A DNA stretch of 25,082 bases from Octopus sinensis (GCF_006345805.1 NW_021836227.1:1-25082); one strand, 5' to 3'; shown: positions 1-9,865, numbered from the stretch's first letter. Notes: a model not told the origin generated them from the sequence alone. Translations and numbers: made by a program.

Positions 1-194
1 CGCATTAGGGGTATCACTGCGGACCCCCACTTGCTATCGAACTTGATGAATGATTTCCTAGCAGTCAGTATCACATTAATTTCTTCCCTAGAGAGGCATG
101 CCTTATTGTGTGCGTGCCATAGTGCCATAGGGCCTTATTAAGTATATCAGTATTAAGTATAATAGTATTATATATATATATATATATATATATA

Positions 195-381
195 GGGAGA
201 GTTTACGAAAAAAACAAAAGACGAAGATAGGTGGTGTACAAAACAAACAGGTGTATTAGTATAACGCTCAAGAATAGAAACAGTATTTTACGTTTCGAGC
301 CTACGCTCTTCTACCGAAAGGGACACAGAAAAAACAAGGAGAGAAAAAAATGTGTGTAGTGGCTAACGATCTATCATGGCC
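195..381 (-). mobile_element. 187-bp hammerhead-bearing mini-element (family X), PLE/retrozyme-like, embedded in (TA)n
   Basis: Bounded on both sides by (TA)n. Closely matches 1610-1740 in inverted orientation, and its end matches 18676-18742. Contains the HHR-like motif at 285-320. Confidence 0.7.
285..320 (-). ncRNA. Variant type I hammerhead motif, probably inactive copy
   Basis: Minus strand reads CUUU-CGGUAGAA-GAGC(GUAG)GCUC-GAA-ACGU-A-AAAU. Same layout as 1642-1677 but with U4>G and a stem I mismatch. Confidence 0.45.
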
Positions 382-444
382 TATATATATTATATATATA
401 TATATATATATAATATATATATATATTATATATATATATAACAT

Positions 445-1040
445 ATCCTAGTTATAATTTGACGATACAAACCGGTATCTTAAACAATTGCCAGCAGTTG
501 TTGGCAAATGTTCACTCGTCGTTCATTAGAAAATTTCAACAATATCTTCTCACTACCCCGAGCTTATGAAGGTGTCGACTAATGGTGTTTGTGAAGGACC
601 AAGGTCTTCCGACAATATACGAGTGGTTGTGCTTCTTCGCTGATGTGCAACCATTTGAAAAAATACCTTATCTTTCACAATAGAATGTCTGCTTGACATT
701 GGTCTGTCTAAGAAGCTATTGCCACTTTCTTGAATGCCACAGTTTAATTGATTGTTCCGTGACCTTCAGTATCATTAATTTCTTCCACCACCAGCCTTCC
801 ATTCAGTCCTTTTCCCACCGGTTGCATAAAATGGCTCCATAGCAATTTTTTTTTTACTACGCATCACCAAAGTTGTAAAATAAACTATAGACATTCAATA
901 TTCATATGTTATATATCGCAATTAAGAATAAATAATTCAGCAACGACTGGACAAATTGTATCACACTAGAAATATAACATGGAGATACAGACTGTTTACA
1001 TTTTTCAGTGACAATCTGAAAGACTTTTCACTGAACCTTA
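445..1040 (-). mobile_element. Decayed mariner transposon, 5' half (HTH region to first catalytic Asp)
   Basis: Frameshifted minus-strand translation gives KGLNGRLVVEEINDTEGHGTI, ESGNSFLDRPMSSRH, RRSTTTRILSEDLG, TISRHLHKLG, RRVNICQQLL and RQIIT, matching mariner N-terminal motifs. TIR-like end TA|TAAGGTTCAGTGAAAAGTC near 1022-1042. Confidence 0.75.
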
Positions 1041-1048
1041 TATGTGTG

Positions 1049-1106
<58 letters not shown>

Positions 1107-1430
1107 AAGCGCATGGCTCAGTGGTTAGAGTGTCGAGCTTATGATCGTAAGATTGTGAGCTCGAATCCAGGACCGGGCTGCGTGTTGTGTTCTTGAGTAA
1201 GACACTTTATTTCACGTTGCTCCAGTTCACTCAGCTGTAGAAATGAGTTGCGACGTCACAGGTGCCAAGCTGTATCGGCCTTTGCCTTTCCCTGGTGGCA
1301 TGGAGAGGGGAAGCCGGTATGCATGGGTGACTGCTGGTCTTTCATAAACAACCTTGCCCGGACTTGTGCTTGGGAGGGTAACTTTCTAGGTCCAATCCCA
1401 TAGTCAGTGTCGTGACCGAAGGGGGTCTCA
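1107..1430 (+). mobile_element. tRNA-derived SINE, family A (CORE-like central domain)
   Basis: A box TGGCTCAGTGG (1114-1124) and B-box-like GAGCTCGAATCC (1157-1168). TTCTTGAGTAAGACACTT...CAGTTCACTCAGCTGTAGAAATG resembles the CORE domain. Second copy at 15345-15626. Confidence 0.85.
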
Positions 1431-1609
1431 GATGTCTCAGATATATATATATATCAAAATTGCGAAGATAATCTGGCATTCGACTGGGGAAATAAAACAT
1501 CGAATGACCTGTCCTTGGTTTCTTTGTATCGTCTATCTGGATGTTTTGTTGGCTCATTTTTGTATCACCAAAATGTCCGGATGTTTTGCGTTCTTGTCCA
1601 ATTTGTATT

Positions 1610-1740
1610 GTTTTTTTCCCTCCTTGTTTTTTTCTGTGTCCCTTTCTGTAGAAGAGCGTAGGCTCGAAACGTAAAAGACTTTTTTCAATTCCAGAGCGTT
1701 ATACTAATACATCTGTTCGTTTTGTACACCACCTGTCTTC
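1610..1740 (+). mobile_element. Family X hammerhead-bearing element, 3'-truncated copy
   Basis: Reverse-complement match to about 232-350. Homology stops at 1742, where a fold-back copy of the neighbouring SINE tail begins. Confidence 0.7.
1642..1677 (+). ncRNA. Variant type I hammerhead motif (core CUGUAGAA, 4-nt palindromic stem III)
   Basis: Stem I CUUU/AAAG, core CUGUAGAA, stem II GAGC-GUAG-GCUC, GAA, ACGU palindrome, GUA cleavage triplet (predicted cut after 1673). Confidence 0.55.
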
Positions 1741-1774
1741 GTGCCAACCACCACCATATATATATATATATATA

Positions 1775-1810
<36 letters not shown>

Positions 1811-1813
<3 letters not shown>

Positions 1814-2110
1814 TAGTGGTTGGCACTCTGTCGGTTACGACGTCAAGTGTTCCAGTTGATCCAATCAACGGAACAGCCAGCTCGTGAAAACAAAGCCCTT
1901 TGAAATACAGGTACAACAGAAACATGAAGAAAGAGTGAGAGAAAGTTGTTGTGAAAGAGTACAGCAGAATTCGCTCCCTTCTCCTGCTGGAATCTTGTGG
2001 AATTTTAGGTGTTTTTTTTCATAAACACTCACAACGCCCGGCCTGGGAATCGAAACCACGATCTTACGACCGCGAGTCCGCTGTCCTAACCACTGGGCCA
2101 TTGCGCCTCC
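1811..2110 (-). mobile_element. tRNA-derived SINE, family B, with internal deletion
   Basis: Head GGAGGCGCAATGGCCCAGTGGTTAG with B box GGTTTCGATTCCC. Lacks roughly 95 bp relative to 2760-3154. (TA)n on both sides. Confidence 0.9.
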
Positions 2111-2124
2111 ATATATATATATAC

Positions 2125-2177
<53 letters not shown>

Positions 2178-2178
2178 C

Positions 2179-2232
<54 letters not shown>

Positions 2233-2759
2233 TGTATATTTATAAATGCATGGTGTGTGTGTAGGTGTTTGTATACGTGTGCGTGTATAAATATTAGACT
2301 TACAAAAATGAAATAGAGGTGATGTCTATTCTGTTCAAGTAGAAGATAATATGGCATCATCGACGGAATTCTGTTAATGAAATGAATAACTGAATCATAA
2401 ACCGAACGAGCAATTGAAATTATGTAATACAGCTTACATGTTATAAGCAAGGGTTCTTGGAAATCCAATTATTTTCGTTATAGAAATATTCACTCACACA
2501 CTCGCATAAATATATACACTTATATAACTTTTATTACAGGGGATTCATAAAGAATCTATAAAGTGCATCGAAGTGAAACATGCCACAAAATGCCTAGACA
2601 GAATAGCGCAAAGCAGGCAGTTAAGTAATCGATTATCATCGAACGGAATGCGTGGAAAGGAAGTTCATTGTTGTAAATAGTCCACGAATCCAAAAGTATC
2701 CAAAAGTATGCAACAACGAATGGGGCATTAGGGTGACGTAAGTACTTAATATTTACACG

Positions 2760-3154
2760 GCCGGAGGCGCAATGGCCCAGTGGTTAGGGCAGCGGACTCG
2801 CAGTCATAGGATCGCGGTTTCGATTCCCAGACCGGGCGTTGTAAGTGTTTATTGAGCGAAAACACCTAAAAGTTCCACGAGGCTCCGGCAGGGGATGGTG
2901 GTGACCCCTGCTGTACTCTTTCACCACAACTTTCTCTCACTCTTACTTCCTCTTTCTGTTGTACCTGTATTTCAAAGGGCCGGCCTTGTCACTCTCTGTG
3001 TCACGCTGAATATCCCCGAGAACTACGTTAAGGGTACACGTGTCTGTGGATTGCTCAGCCACTTACACGTTAATTTCACGAGCAGGCTGTTCCGTTGATT
3101 CGGATCAACCGGAACCCTCGTCGTCGTAACCGACGGAGTGCTTCCATCTATCCA
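2760..3154 (+). mobile_element. Full-length tRNA-derived SINE, family B, 13-bp TSD
   Basis: A and B boxes in head; near-identical to 19551-19938. TSD TAATATTTACACG at 2747-2759 and 3155-3167. Confidence 0.95.
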
Positions 3155-3198
3155 TAATATTTACACGATTCTCAATTAATCATCTTAACCAAATATTC

Positions 3199-3252
3199 GG
3201 TTATCCTGATGAGTTGAGAGAAACGTAACATTAACTAATGTTATGTATATTG
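3199..3252 (+). ncRNA. Decayed hammerhead relic
   Basis: CUGAUGA (3206-3212), GAA (3220-3222), 10-11-bp stem III (3223-3233 with 3236-3246) and GUA. Stem II is unpaired and stem I is weak. Confidence 0.35.
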
Positions 3253-3298
3253 TGTATACTGCATACCTGATTGTACTATATTTACGACAAAATAATGT

Positions 3299-3737
3299 CT
3301 TTACTCTTCTTTCACTCTTCTACATATTTCAGTAATTTCACTGTGGCCATGCTGGAGCACCGCCTTTAGTCGAGCAAATGAACCCCAGGACTTATTCTTT
3401 GTAAGCCTAGTACTTATTCTATTGAACTATTTTGTCGAACCGCTAAGTTACAGGGACGTAAACACATCAGCATCGGTTGTCCAGCGATGTTGGGTGGACA
3501 AACACAGACACACAAGCATACACACACACATACATACATACATACATACATACATACATAAATACATACATATATATATTTACACGTATATATATATATA
3601 TATACGACGGGCTTCTTTCAGTTTCCGTCTACGAAATCCACACACAAGGCTTTGTTTGGCCGGAGGCTATAGTAGAGGACACTTGCCCAAGGTGCCACGC
3701 AGTGGGACTGAACCCGGAACCATGTGGTTCGGAAGCA
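3299..3737 (-). mobile_element. Bipartite SINE, family C (tRNA head + internal microsatellite + tail)
   Basis: Homologous along its length to 23458-23884; internal (TA)/(TATG)/(TG) tract; slightly 5'-truncated. Confidence 0.9.
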
Positions 3738-3993
3738 TACGTAATCCATCTGTCTATTATATTATAAAATTGGATACAGACGAAAAAATACACGTGCATT
3801 CTCACGCAGGCTCGAGCACACGGAGATGATAGTGTGTAACAGAAGGTATTTCATGAGAATAGTTAATCTGGACCCCGCAGTTAGTTTCAAAATCAAGCCA
3901 AGGTTGTACTTATTCTATAATGTGTGTATATACATATATCCATACACACACACACATATATATATATACACACACAAACACATACGTACAGGT

Positions 3994-4201
3994 GCAGGAG
4001 TGGCTGTATGGTAAGAAGCTTGCTTTCCAACCACATTGTCTTGGATTCAGTCCCATTACGTGGCACCTTGGACAAGTGTCCTCTACTATAGCTTCGGCCA
4101 AACAAAACCTTGTGAGAGGTTTTGGTAGAAGGAAACTGAAAGAAGTTTTTCGTGTATAAGTATATATATATATATATATATAATATATATATACATACAT
4201 A

Positions 4202-4262
<61 letters not shown>

Positions 4263-4480
4263 ATGTATGTATTATTTGTATGTGTTTGTCTCACCACCAT
4301 CGCTTTACATCCGATGCTATTGTGTTTACGTGCCCATCACTCAGCGGTTCTTCATAGGCGTCCCATAGAATAAGCACTAGGCTTGCAATGTATAAATCCT
4401 GGTGTCGATTTGTTCAACTAAATGCGGTGCTACAGCATGGTCGCAGTCAAATGAGTGAAACAAGTAAAATAATAAAAGAA
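3994..4480 (+). mobile_element. SINE family C, diverged full-length copy
   Basis: Head GGAGTGGCTGTATGGTAAG...GGATTCAGTCCC...TGGCACCTTGGACAAGTGTC, internal microsatellite, tail ending GAAACAAGTAAAATAATAAAAG. Confidence 0.88.
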
Positions 4481-4514
4481 TATATACACACACACGCACA
4501 CACATATTTGTATA

Positions 4515-5379
4515 CTGGGTCATACCTTAAATAATGCAGTTTTTTAATATTCATTTTTCAAAATTAAGATAAACAAGCTTCTTTTTTAATCTACAATATA
4601 AAATATACTCTCCTTCATTTTCTAGAATTCACTTCAACCTATCTGGTAGATTGCAAGGCTCTTCTTCCAAAATTCACTTGTGCGTGATGAAAAATAATCT
4701 TCCAGTGCTGTTCTGACCTCGTCTACAGAATTCATATTTTTTACATCGAAAGGATTTTGAAAACTGCGGAATAAATGATACTCAGAACAATGTCCGGCGA
4801 ATACGATGGGTGGGGCATCGTTTCCCATTCAAACTGCTCCAGCCTTTGGAATGTCATCCTCGCTGTATGTGGCCAAGCATTATCCTGATGGAAGAACACC
4901 TTTTATCTTGAAACCGAAGATGGTCGTTTTCCGATGGTATGCAAATGTCAATTTATGCTTACATGACCAAAATCCAAGCTTCTCTGCTAGTTCCTCAACA
5001 GTTACGATGGGATTTTGTTCCACCAGTGTTTGCAAGACGTCCTCGTCGAGCTCTACAAATCTTTCAGGACGAGGCTTGTCTTCTAGACTGTAAGTTCCGT
5101 CTCGGAATTTCTGGAGCTAGTTTTGACACTTCTTTACGTTTATTACCCGATCTTCATATACTGCATAAATATTCCTTACAATTTCCTTTGCGTTGTTACC
5201 TTTATTGAACGCATAAAGAGAATTATCACACACTTTCATTATAGCTTTGAAAAAATAACTGTTCAAATCGAACTGGCACTACCTGCTTTTATAGCAAGTT
5301 TATGCAGGTATTTATCCCACCCCCTCCAACATTTACCTCATGCAATTGAAAACCCCACATTATTTATGGGATGACCCTA
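4515..5379 (-). mobile_element. Internally deleted mariner (DD34D) element with both TIRs
   Basis: About 30-bp TIRs (GGGTCATACCTTAAATAATGCAG vs GGGTCATCCCATAAATAATGTGG) flanked by TA. Translation gives KFRDGTYSLEDKPRP..ELDEDVLQTLVEQNPIVTVEELAEKLG, HLHTIGK, a deletion junction near 4927, then FHQDNAWPHT, PHPSYSPDI, YHLFRSF. Contains stops and frameshifts. Confidence 0.93.
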
Positions 5380-5389
5380 TATATATATC

Positions 5390-5444
<55 letters not shown>

Positions 5445-5447
<3 letters not shown>

Positions 5448-5632
5448 GCAAAAAGGATATCCAGAGGTAATGCAGTACGAGTTGCATGAAACGATCGTAC
5501 AGCATTACCTCTAGATATCCTTGTTGCATATTTTGATTTTAATCACCTTACTTTGAAATTGTATGGATAATACCGATCTAAATTCTGGTGACTTAACTTA
5601 AGTACCATGTTCATCTGAATTTAAATTTTTGC
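5445..5632 (+). mobile_element. 5'-truncated PLE-like fragment with inverted 5' duplication
   Basis: 5484-5620 aligns with 17151-17290. Retains only the 3' half of the HHR (GAA-ACGATCGT-A, 5488-5499). 5445-5480 is an inverted copy of 5495-5530 (33/36). Confidence 0.6.
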
Positions 5633-5878
5633 TATATATATATATATATATATATATATTACACTTGCTCGAGCCAGTTTATTTGGGTGCAATTTATTAG
5701 TAGTAAATCGACTTACAATATTGGAAACAGACATACTGTACTATTTCAAGGAAATATCGATACCTTATAAGGTTTATACTCCACTTGATTTAGGGAATAA
5801 TTAATTTTTTCTGAGATCAATTAATATCCAAGAACATAAGCATGTACGCCGTTAACTCATAAAAATTTTTGTTGGCAC

Positions 5879-6110
5879 AAACACACACACACACACACAC
5901 ACACATACACACACACACACATTATATATATATATATGTATGCATGTATGTATGTATGTATGTATGCATGCATGTATGTATGTATGTATGTATGTATGTA
6001 TGTATGTATGTATGTATGTATGTATGTATGTATGTATGTATGTATGTATGTATGTATATGTGTATGTAAATAGATAGATAGACAGATAGATAGAAAGATA
6101 GATAGATATA
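5879..6110. repeat. Compound microsatellite (CA)n-(TA)n-(TATG)n-(GATA)n
   Basis: Read directly from the sequence. Confidence 0.95.
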
Positions 6111-6392
6111 TACACTGAAATATGCAGAGGGAAGCAAACACGTACAGAAAATAGCAAAATAAACATACTCATATGTGCGTATATGTATGCATAAAATAAG
6201 CGCGCGCGTATTTGCATGGGTATGGGGGTGGGGGTGCGGGCGTCGTTATAGTCAATACGCAGTAAGAAACATGTATAAACGAAATAGTGAATTCCACCTG
6301 TCTCTCCCACGATTAATTACTTTCCTATAATATTCCCTGTCTTAAATAAATAAATATAAAACATTTCTCATCAATGCCTTTCTCTCTGCTGT

Positions 6393-6432
<40 letters not shown>

Positions 6433-6749
6433 TCTTTCTCCCATATACGTGCGCATGGCCACGAACATACACGTATATACACATAGAAACGTACATACAC
6501 AAACTCAGTCTCGCGCATTATAAGTTTGCTTGAATATGGGTATTGCATAAGCGGGTGCACAATAATGAACGCTATCTAGTGTACCTAGGTAATTAGCTTA
6601 GACGTTTATTTCTCGCTTATAAGAAGAAATCAATTTCTAACCAAAAAAGATCTCACACACAAACAGTCAGACACACATCTATATATGTATATATGTATAT
6701 ATATGTATATAATATATATATATTATATATATATAATATATATTATAAA

Positions 6750-6983
6750 TATTAGGGAATAAATCCAAATTTACAGGGAAAAAAATCAGATTTAGGATTA
6801 AATCCAATTTTATAGTAAAATTAATTTGAAACTGACTATTGGAAGTCCACCTGAAGATTGTCGATCAAGACAAGAAACGATTGTAGTGGCGGTTTTTTTG
6901 ACTATTTATTAAAATTTTATGTATTGATAAGTCTTTCCTTGTTTGTTTTGCAAAATAGTGGTTTTGTCTCTAATAATATTTTA
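6750..6983 (+). mobile_element. About 235-bp hammerhead-bearing unit between two (TA)n tracts, PLE/retrozyme-like
   Basis: Non-repetitive unit bounded by (TA)n on both sides, with a canonical HHR in the middle. Confidence 0.55.
6847..6889 (+). ncRNA. Type I hammerhead ribozyme, canonical core
   Basis: Stem I CCAC/GUGG, core CUGAAGA (6851-6857), stem II UUGUC-GAUCAA-GACAA, GAA, stem III ACGAUUGU (self-complementary with wobbles), GUA triplet, predicted cut after 6885. Confidence 0.8.
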
Positions 6984-7015
<32 letters not shown>

Positions 7016-7024
7016 TATATATAT

Positions 7025-7059
<35 letters not shown>

Positions 7060-7195
7060 CAGTGAGAGAGAGAGAGAGAGAGAACAGAGACAGATATGCA
7101 TATAGGCGCAAAACCATATTCTCTGGAAGCACACCTCTTACCACCCAGCAACGCCTTATCAAACTTGCATGAAATTGCTTTGAAGACAATACCAA

Positions 7196-7551
7196 ACAGG
7201 AGTGGCTGTGTGGTAAGTAGCTTGTTTACCAACCACATGGTTTGGGCAAGTGTCTTCTACTATAGCCTCGGGCCGACCAAAGCCTTGTGAGTGGATTTGG
7301 TAGACGGAAACTGAAAGAAGCCCGTCGTATATATGTATATATATATATTGTGTGTGTGTTTGTGTGTCTGTGTTTGTCCCTGGTGTGTTTATGTCCCCGT
7401 TACTTAGCGGTTCGGCAAAACGAGACCGATAGAATAAGTACTGGGCTTACAAAAGAATAAGTCCCGGGGTCGAGTTGCTCGATTAAAGGCTCCAGCCATG
7501 CTCCAGTATGGCCGCAGTCAAATGAATGAAACAAGTAAAAGAGTAAAAGAG
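7196..7551 (+). mobile_element. SINE family C, young copy with two internal deletions
   Basis: Near-identical to 23458-23884 except for deletions of about 28 bp in the head (removing the B box) and in the tail. Confidence 0.92.
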
Positions 7552-7561
7552 TATATATATA

Positions 7562-7623
<62 letters not shown>

Positions 7624-8414
7624 TGAATATTTACATATACATACATATGTGTACATGTATATGTGTGTGATTGTGTATAACATATATATGTACGAATATC
7701 TTTATTTTTAAATGTCTGTATGATTGTGTTTCTGTGTATTTTTGAACGTAGTGTATTTAAACTGAAAATAAAAGATTATTCAGAAACTTCATAAAATGCT
7801 TCATAAAATCATTACCAGAATATATTCCGACTTAACTCAGATGATATTCATCACTGAACTGACCAATCTCTTCGAAATACTTTGTCTAGCTACCCAAAGC
7901 GATTCTGACTGATATCTGGTTTAAAAACATAAAAATCCTGGAGAAGTTTTTCCGTTGCAAAATATAAAAGCTAACGCTATTTACCTCTGAGCATGTATTA
8001 TCATTGTGTATACACAGCAGTATTCTAGTCCAAGGCATTCCGAGTGCCTATATTAAATTGAATATATAAATTTATTAATACATTAAGACAGTGAAATGCT
8101 AGAATCGTTATCACGTCAGACGACATTTTTATTAGTATTTCTTGAGGCTCTCTACGCTTTAAATTATAATTCCGCTAGAGTCAACTTACTTTTCATCTTT
8201 TCTAGTTTGTTAAAATAAAGTATCGGTCAGGTACCGATATAGTTATAAACGATTAACTATCTCCCATTAACACGTTGCTTGCCTTGTGTTAAAATTTGTA
8301 ACAATTTATTAATACATTAATATACAATATCATATATCTGTTCCTCTGGCTGTCTTGGGTTCGCTACAATTGAGAAACTATTTTCTTCAAAGCAATTTCA
8401 TGCAAGTTTGATAA

Positions 8415-8575
8415 GGCGTTGCTGGGTGGTAAGAGGTGTGCTTCCAAAGAATATGGTTTTGGGTATTGTTCCACTGCGTAGCACTTTGGAAAATTGTATT
8501 GTACTACTGCCTTTGGTCTGACCAAAGCTTTGCGAGTGCATTTGATTGAAAGAAAGTAAGATAGGGCCATCGTAT
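8415..8575 (+). mobile_element. Old, diverged SINE family C head
   Basis: GGGTGGTAAGAGGTGTGCTTCC...CCACTGCGTAGCACTTTGG...GACCAAAGCTTTGCGAGTG...CCATCGTATATA aligns with the family C head. Confidence 0.75.
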
Positions 8576-8875
8576 ATATAAACAATTGCAGCGTGGAAGG
8601 TGTTTATAAGCCATTTACAAACACAAAAACCGTTAGACATCTTCCACGTTGCAATTGTTTTCGTTCAAGCCCCCGATCTCAGATCTGGTCAATTGGTATA
8701 GAAGTACATCTCCGTAATATATATATATGACTGCCAACAGTTCTATAGAGGACGATATTACTGTTGTTTTTTGTAACGCCAGGAAGACATCTCCTCCAGC
8801 TGGCCAACGACACAGTCTGTGATCGGTTAGTACTTGCGAAGGAAGTCATCGCTCCCACCTCTAGCTGTACGTGAT

Positions 8876-8922
8876 ACACATATACTCGTGTTTCTGTATA
8901 GTTATCTGTCTTCAGTATGTGT
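8876..8922 (-). ncRNA. Type I hammerhead relic (stem II decayed)
   Basis: Minus strand has a perfect 7-bp stem I ACACAUA/UAUGUGU, core CUGAAGA, GAA, stem III AC-ACGA-GU and GUA. The stem II region CAGAUAACUAUACA pairs only 2 bp. Confidence 0.55.
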
Positions 8923-8924
8923 TA

Positions 8925-8961
<37 letters not shown>

Positions 8962-8967
8962 ATATAA

Positions 8968-9613
8968 TGAGAAATGGATCTAATACAACAACTGTAAACG
9001 TTCAGCACAATGGTGGGACAAAGACGAGCCACTAAAACACAGTCCAAAACGCAAAATCCATCCAAAGAAGCTGATGGTGTGTGTTTGATGGTCTCACGCA
9101 GACGTGATCCATTATGATTTCATCAAACCTGGCTCATCAATCACAGCCGAAGTATACTGCAGCTAACTGAACTAAATTGATGCAGAAAATTACCAAACAA
9201 CACCCTAGATTAGTTAACAGATCCACTCCCAATTTATTGCAAGACAACGCCAGACCAAACATCGCAAAAACAACATTGGCGAAACTACAGGATTTGGTGT
9301 TGGAATTTATCCTTCATCCACCATACTCACCTGGTCTTGCCCCCACTGACCTTCACTCCTTCCAGAATTTGATAACTTTTTGATAGGAAAGACTTTTAAT
9401 TCCTCCGATGTTGTAAAACAGGCCTTCCAAGATCTTATTGACTCTGGATTGCCAGGCTTTTATAGTTCCGGGTCGGACAAGCTACCGCTGAAATGGCAAA
9501 AGTATATTGAGAATATGGGTGCATACTTTGATGAATAAAACTATTCTTTGCATTTATAAAACATTGGCAAGATTGTTTTCTTTTCTACAAATTTCATACT
9601 TGACGACCTAATA
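8968..9613 (+). mobile_element. Decayed mariner transposon, 3' two-thirds plus right TIR
   Basis: Translation EKWI*YNN..KRSAQW..KIHPKKLMVCV*WS...LLQDNARPN...LHPPYSPGLAPTD...KWQKYIENMGAYFDE*. Ends CAAATTTCATACTTGACGACCTAA-TA. Confidence 0.92.
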
Positions 9614-9614
9614 T

Positions 9615-9775
9615 ATACGACGGGCTTCTTTCAGTTTCCATCTACCAAATCTACACATGAGGCTTTGGTCGGCCCGAGAGTATAGTAGAAGACACTTCCC
9701 CGAGTTTCCACGCTGTGGTACTTGAACCTGGAAACGTGATGCTGGGAAGCAAGCCTCTTACCTCACAGCCACGCC

Positions 9776-9776
<1 letters not shown>
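9615..9776 (-). mobile_element. SINE family C head only
   Basis: Reverse complement of GGCGTGGCTGTGAGGTAAGAGGCTTGCTTCCC...GAAAGAAGCCCGTCGTA; abuts the mariner TIR. Confidence 0.85.

Positions 9777-9865
<89 letters not shown>

Noticed and set aside
1107-1180. tRNA-like sequences here and at 2760, 15560-15626, 19870-19938 and 23458
   Set aside because: They have A/B boxes but no complete cloverleaf and run into SINE bodies, so they are SINE heads, not tRNA genes.
2540-2680. Acceptor-like TTTTATTACAG followed by a 46-codon frame (GIHKESIKC...VHCCK*)
   Set aside because: Short, with no recognisable motif or partner exon.
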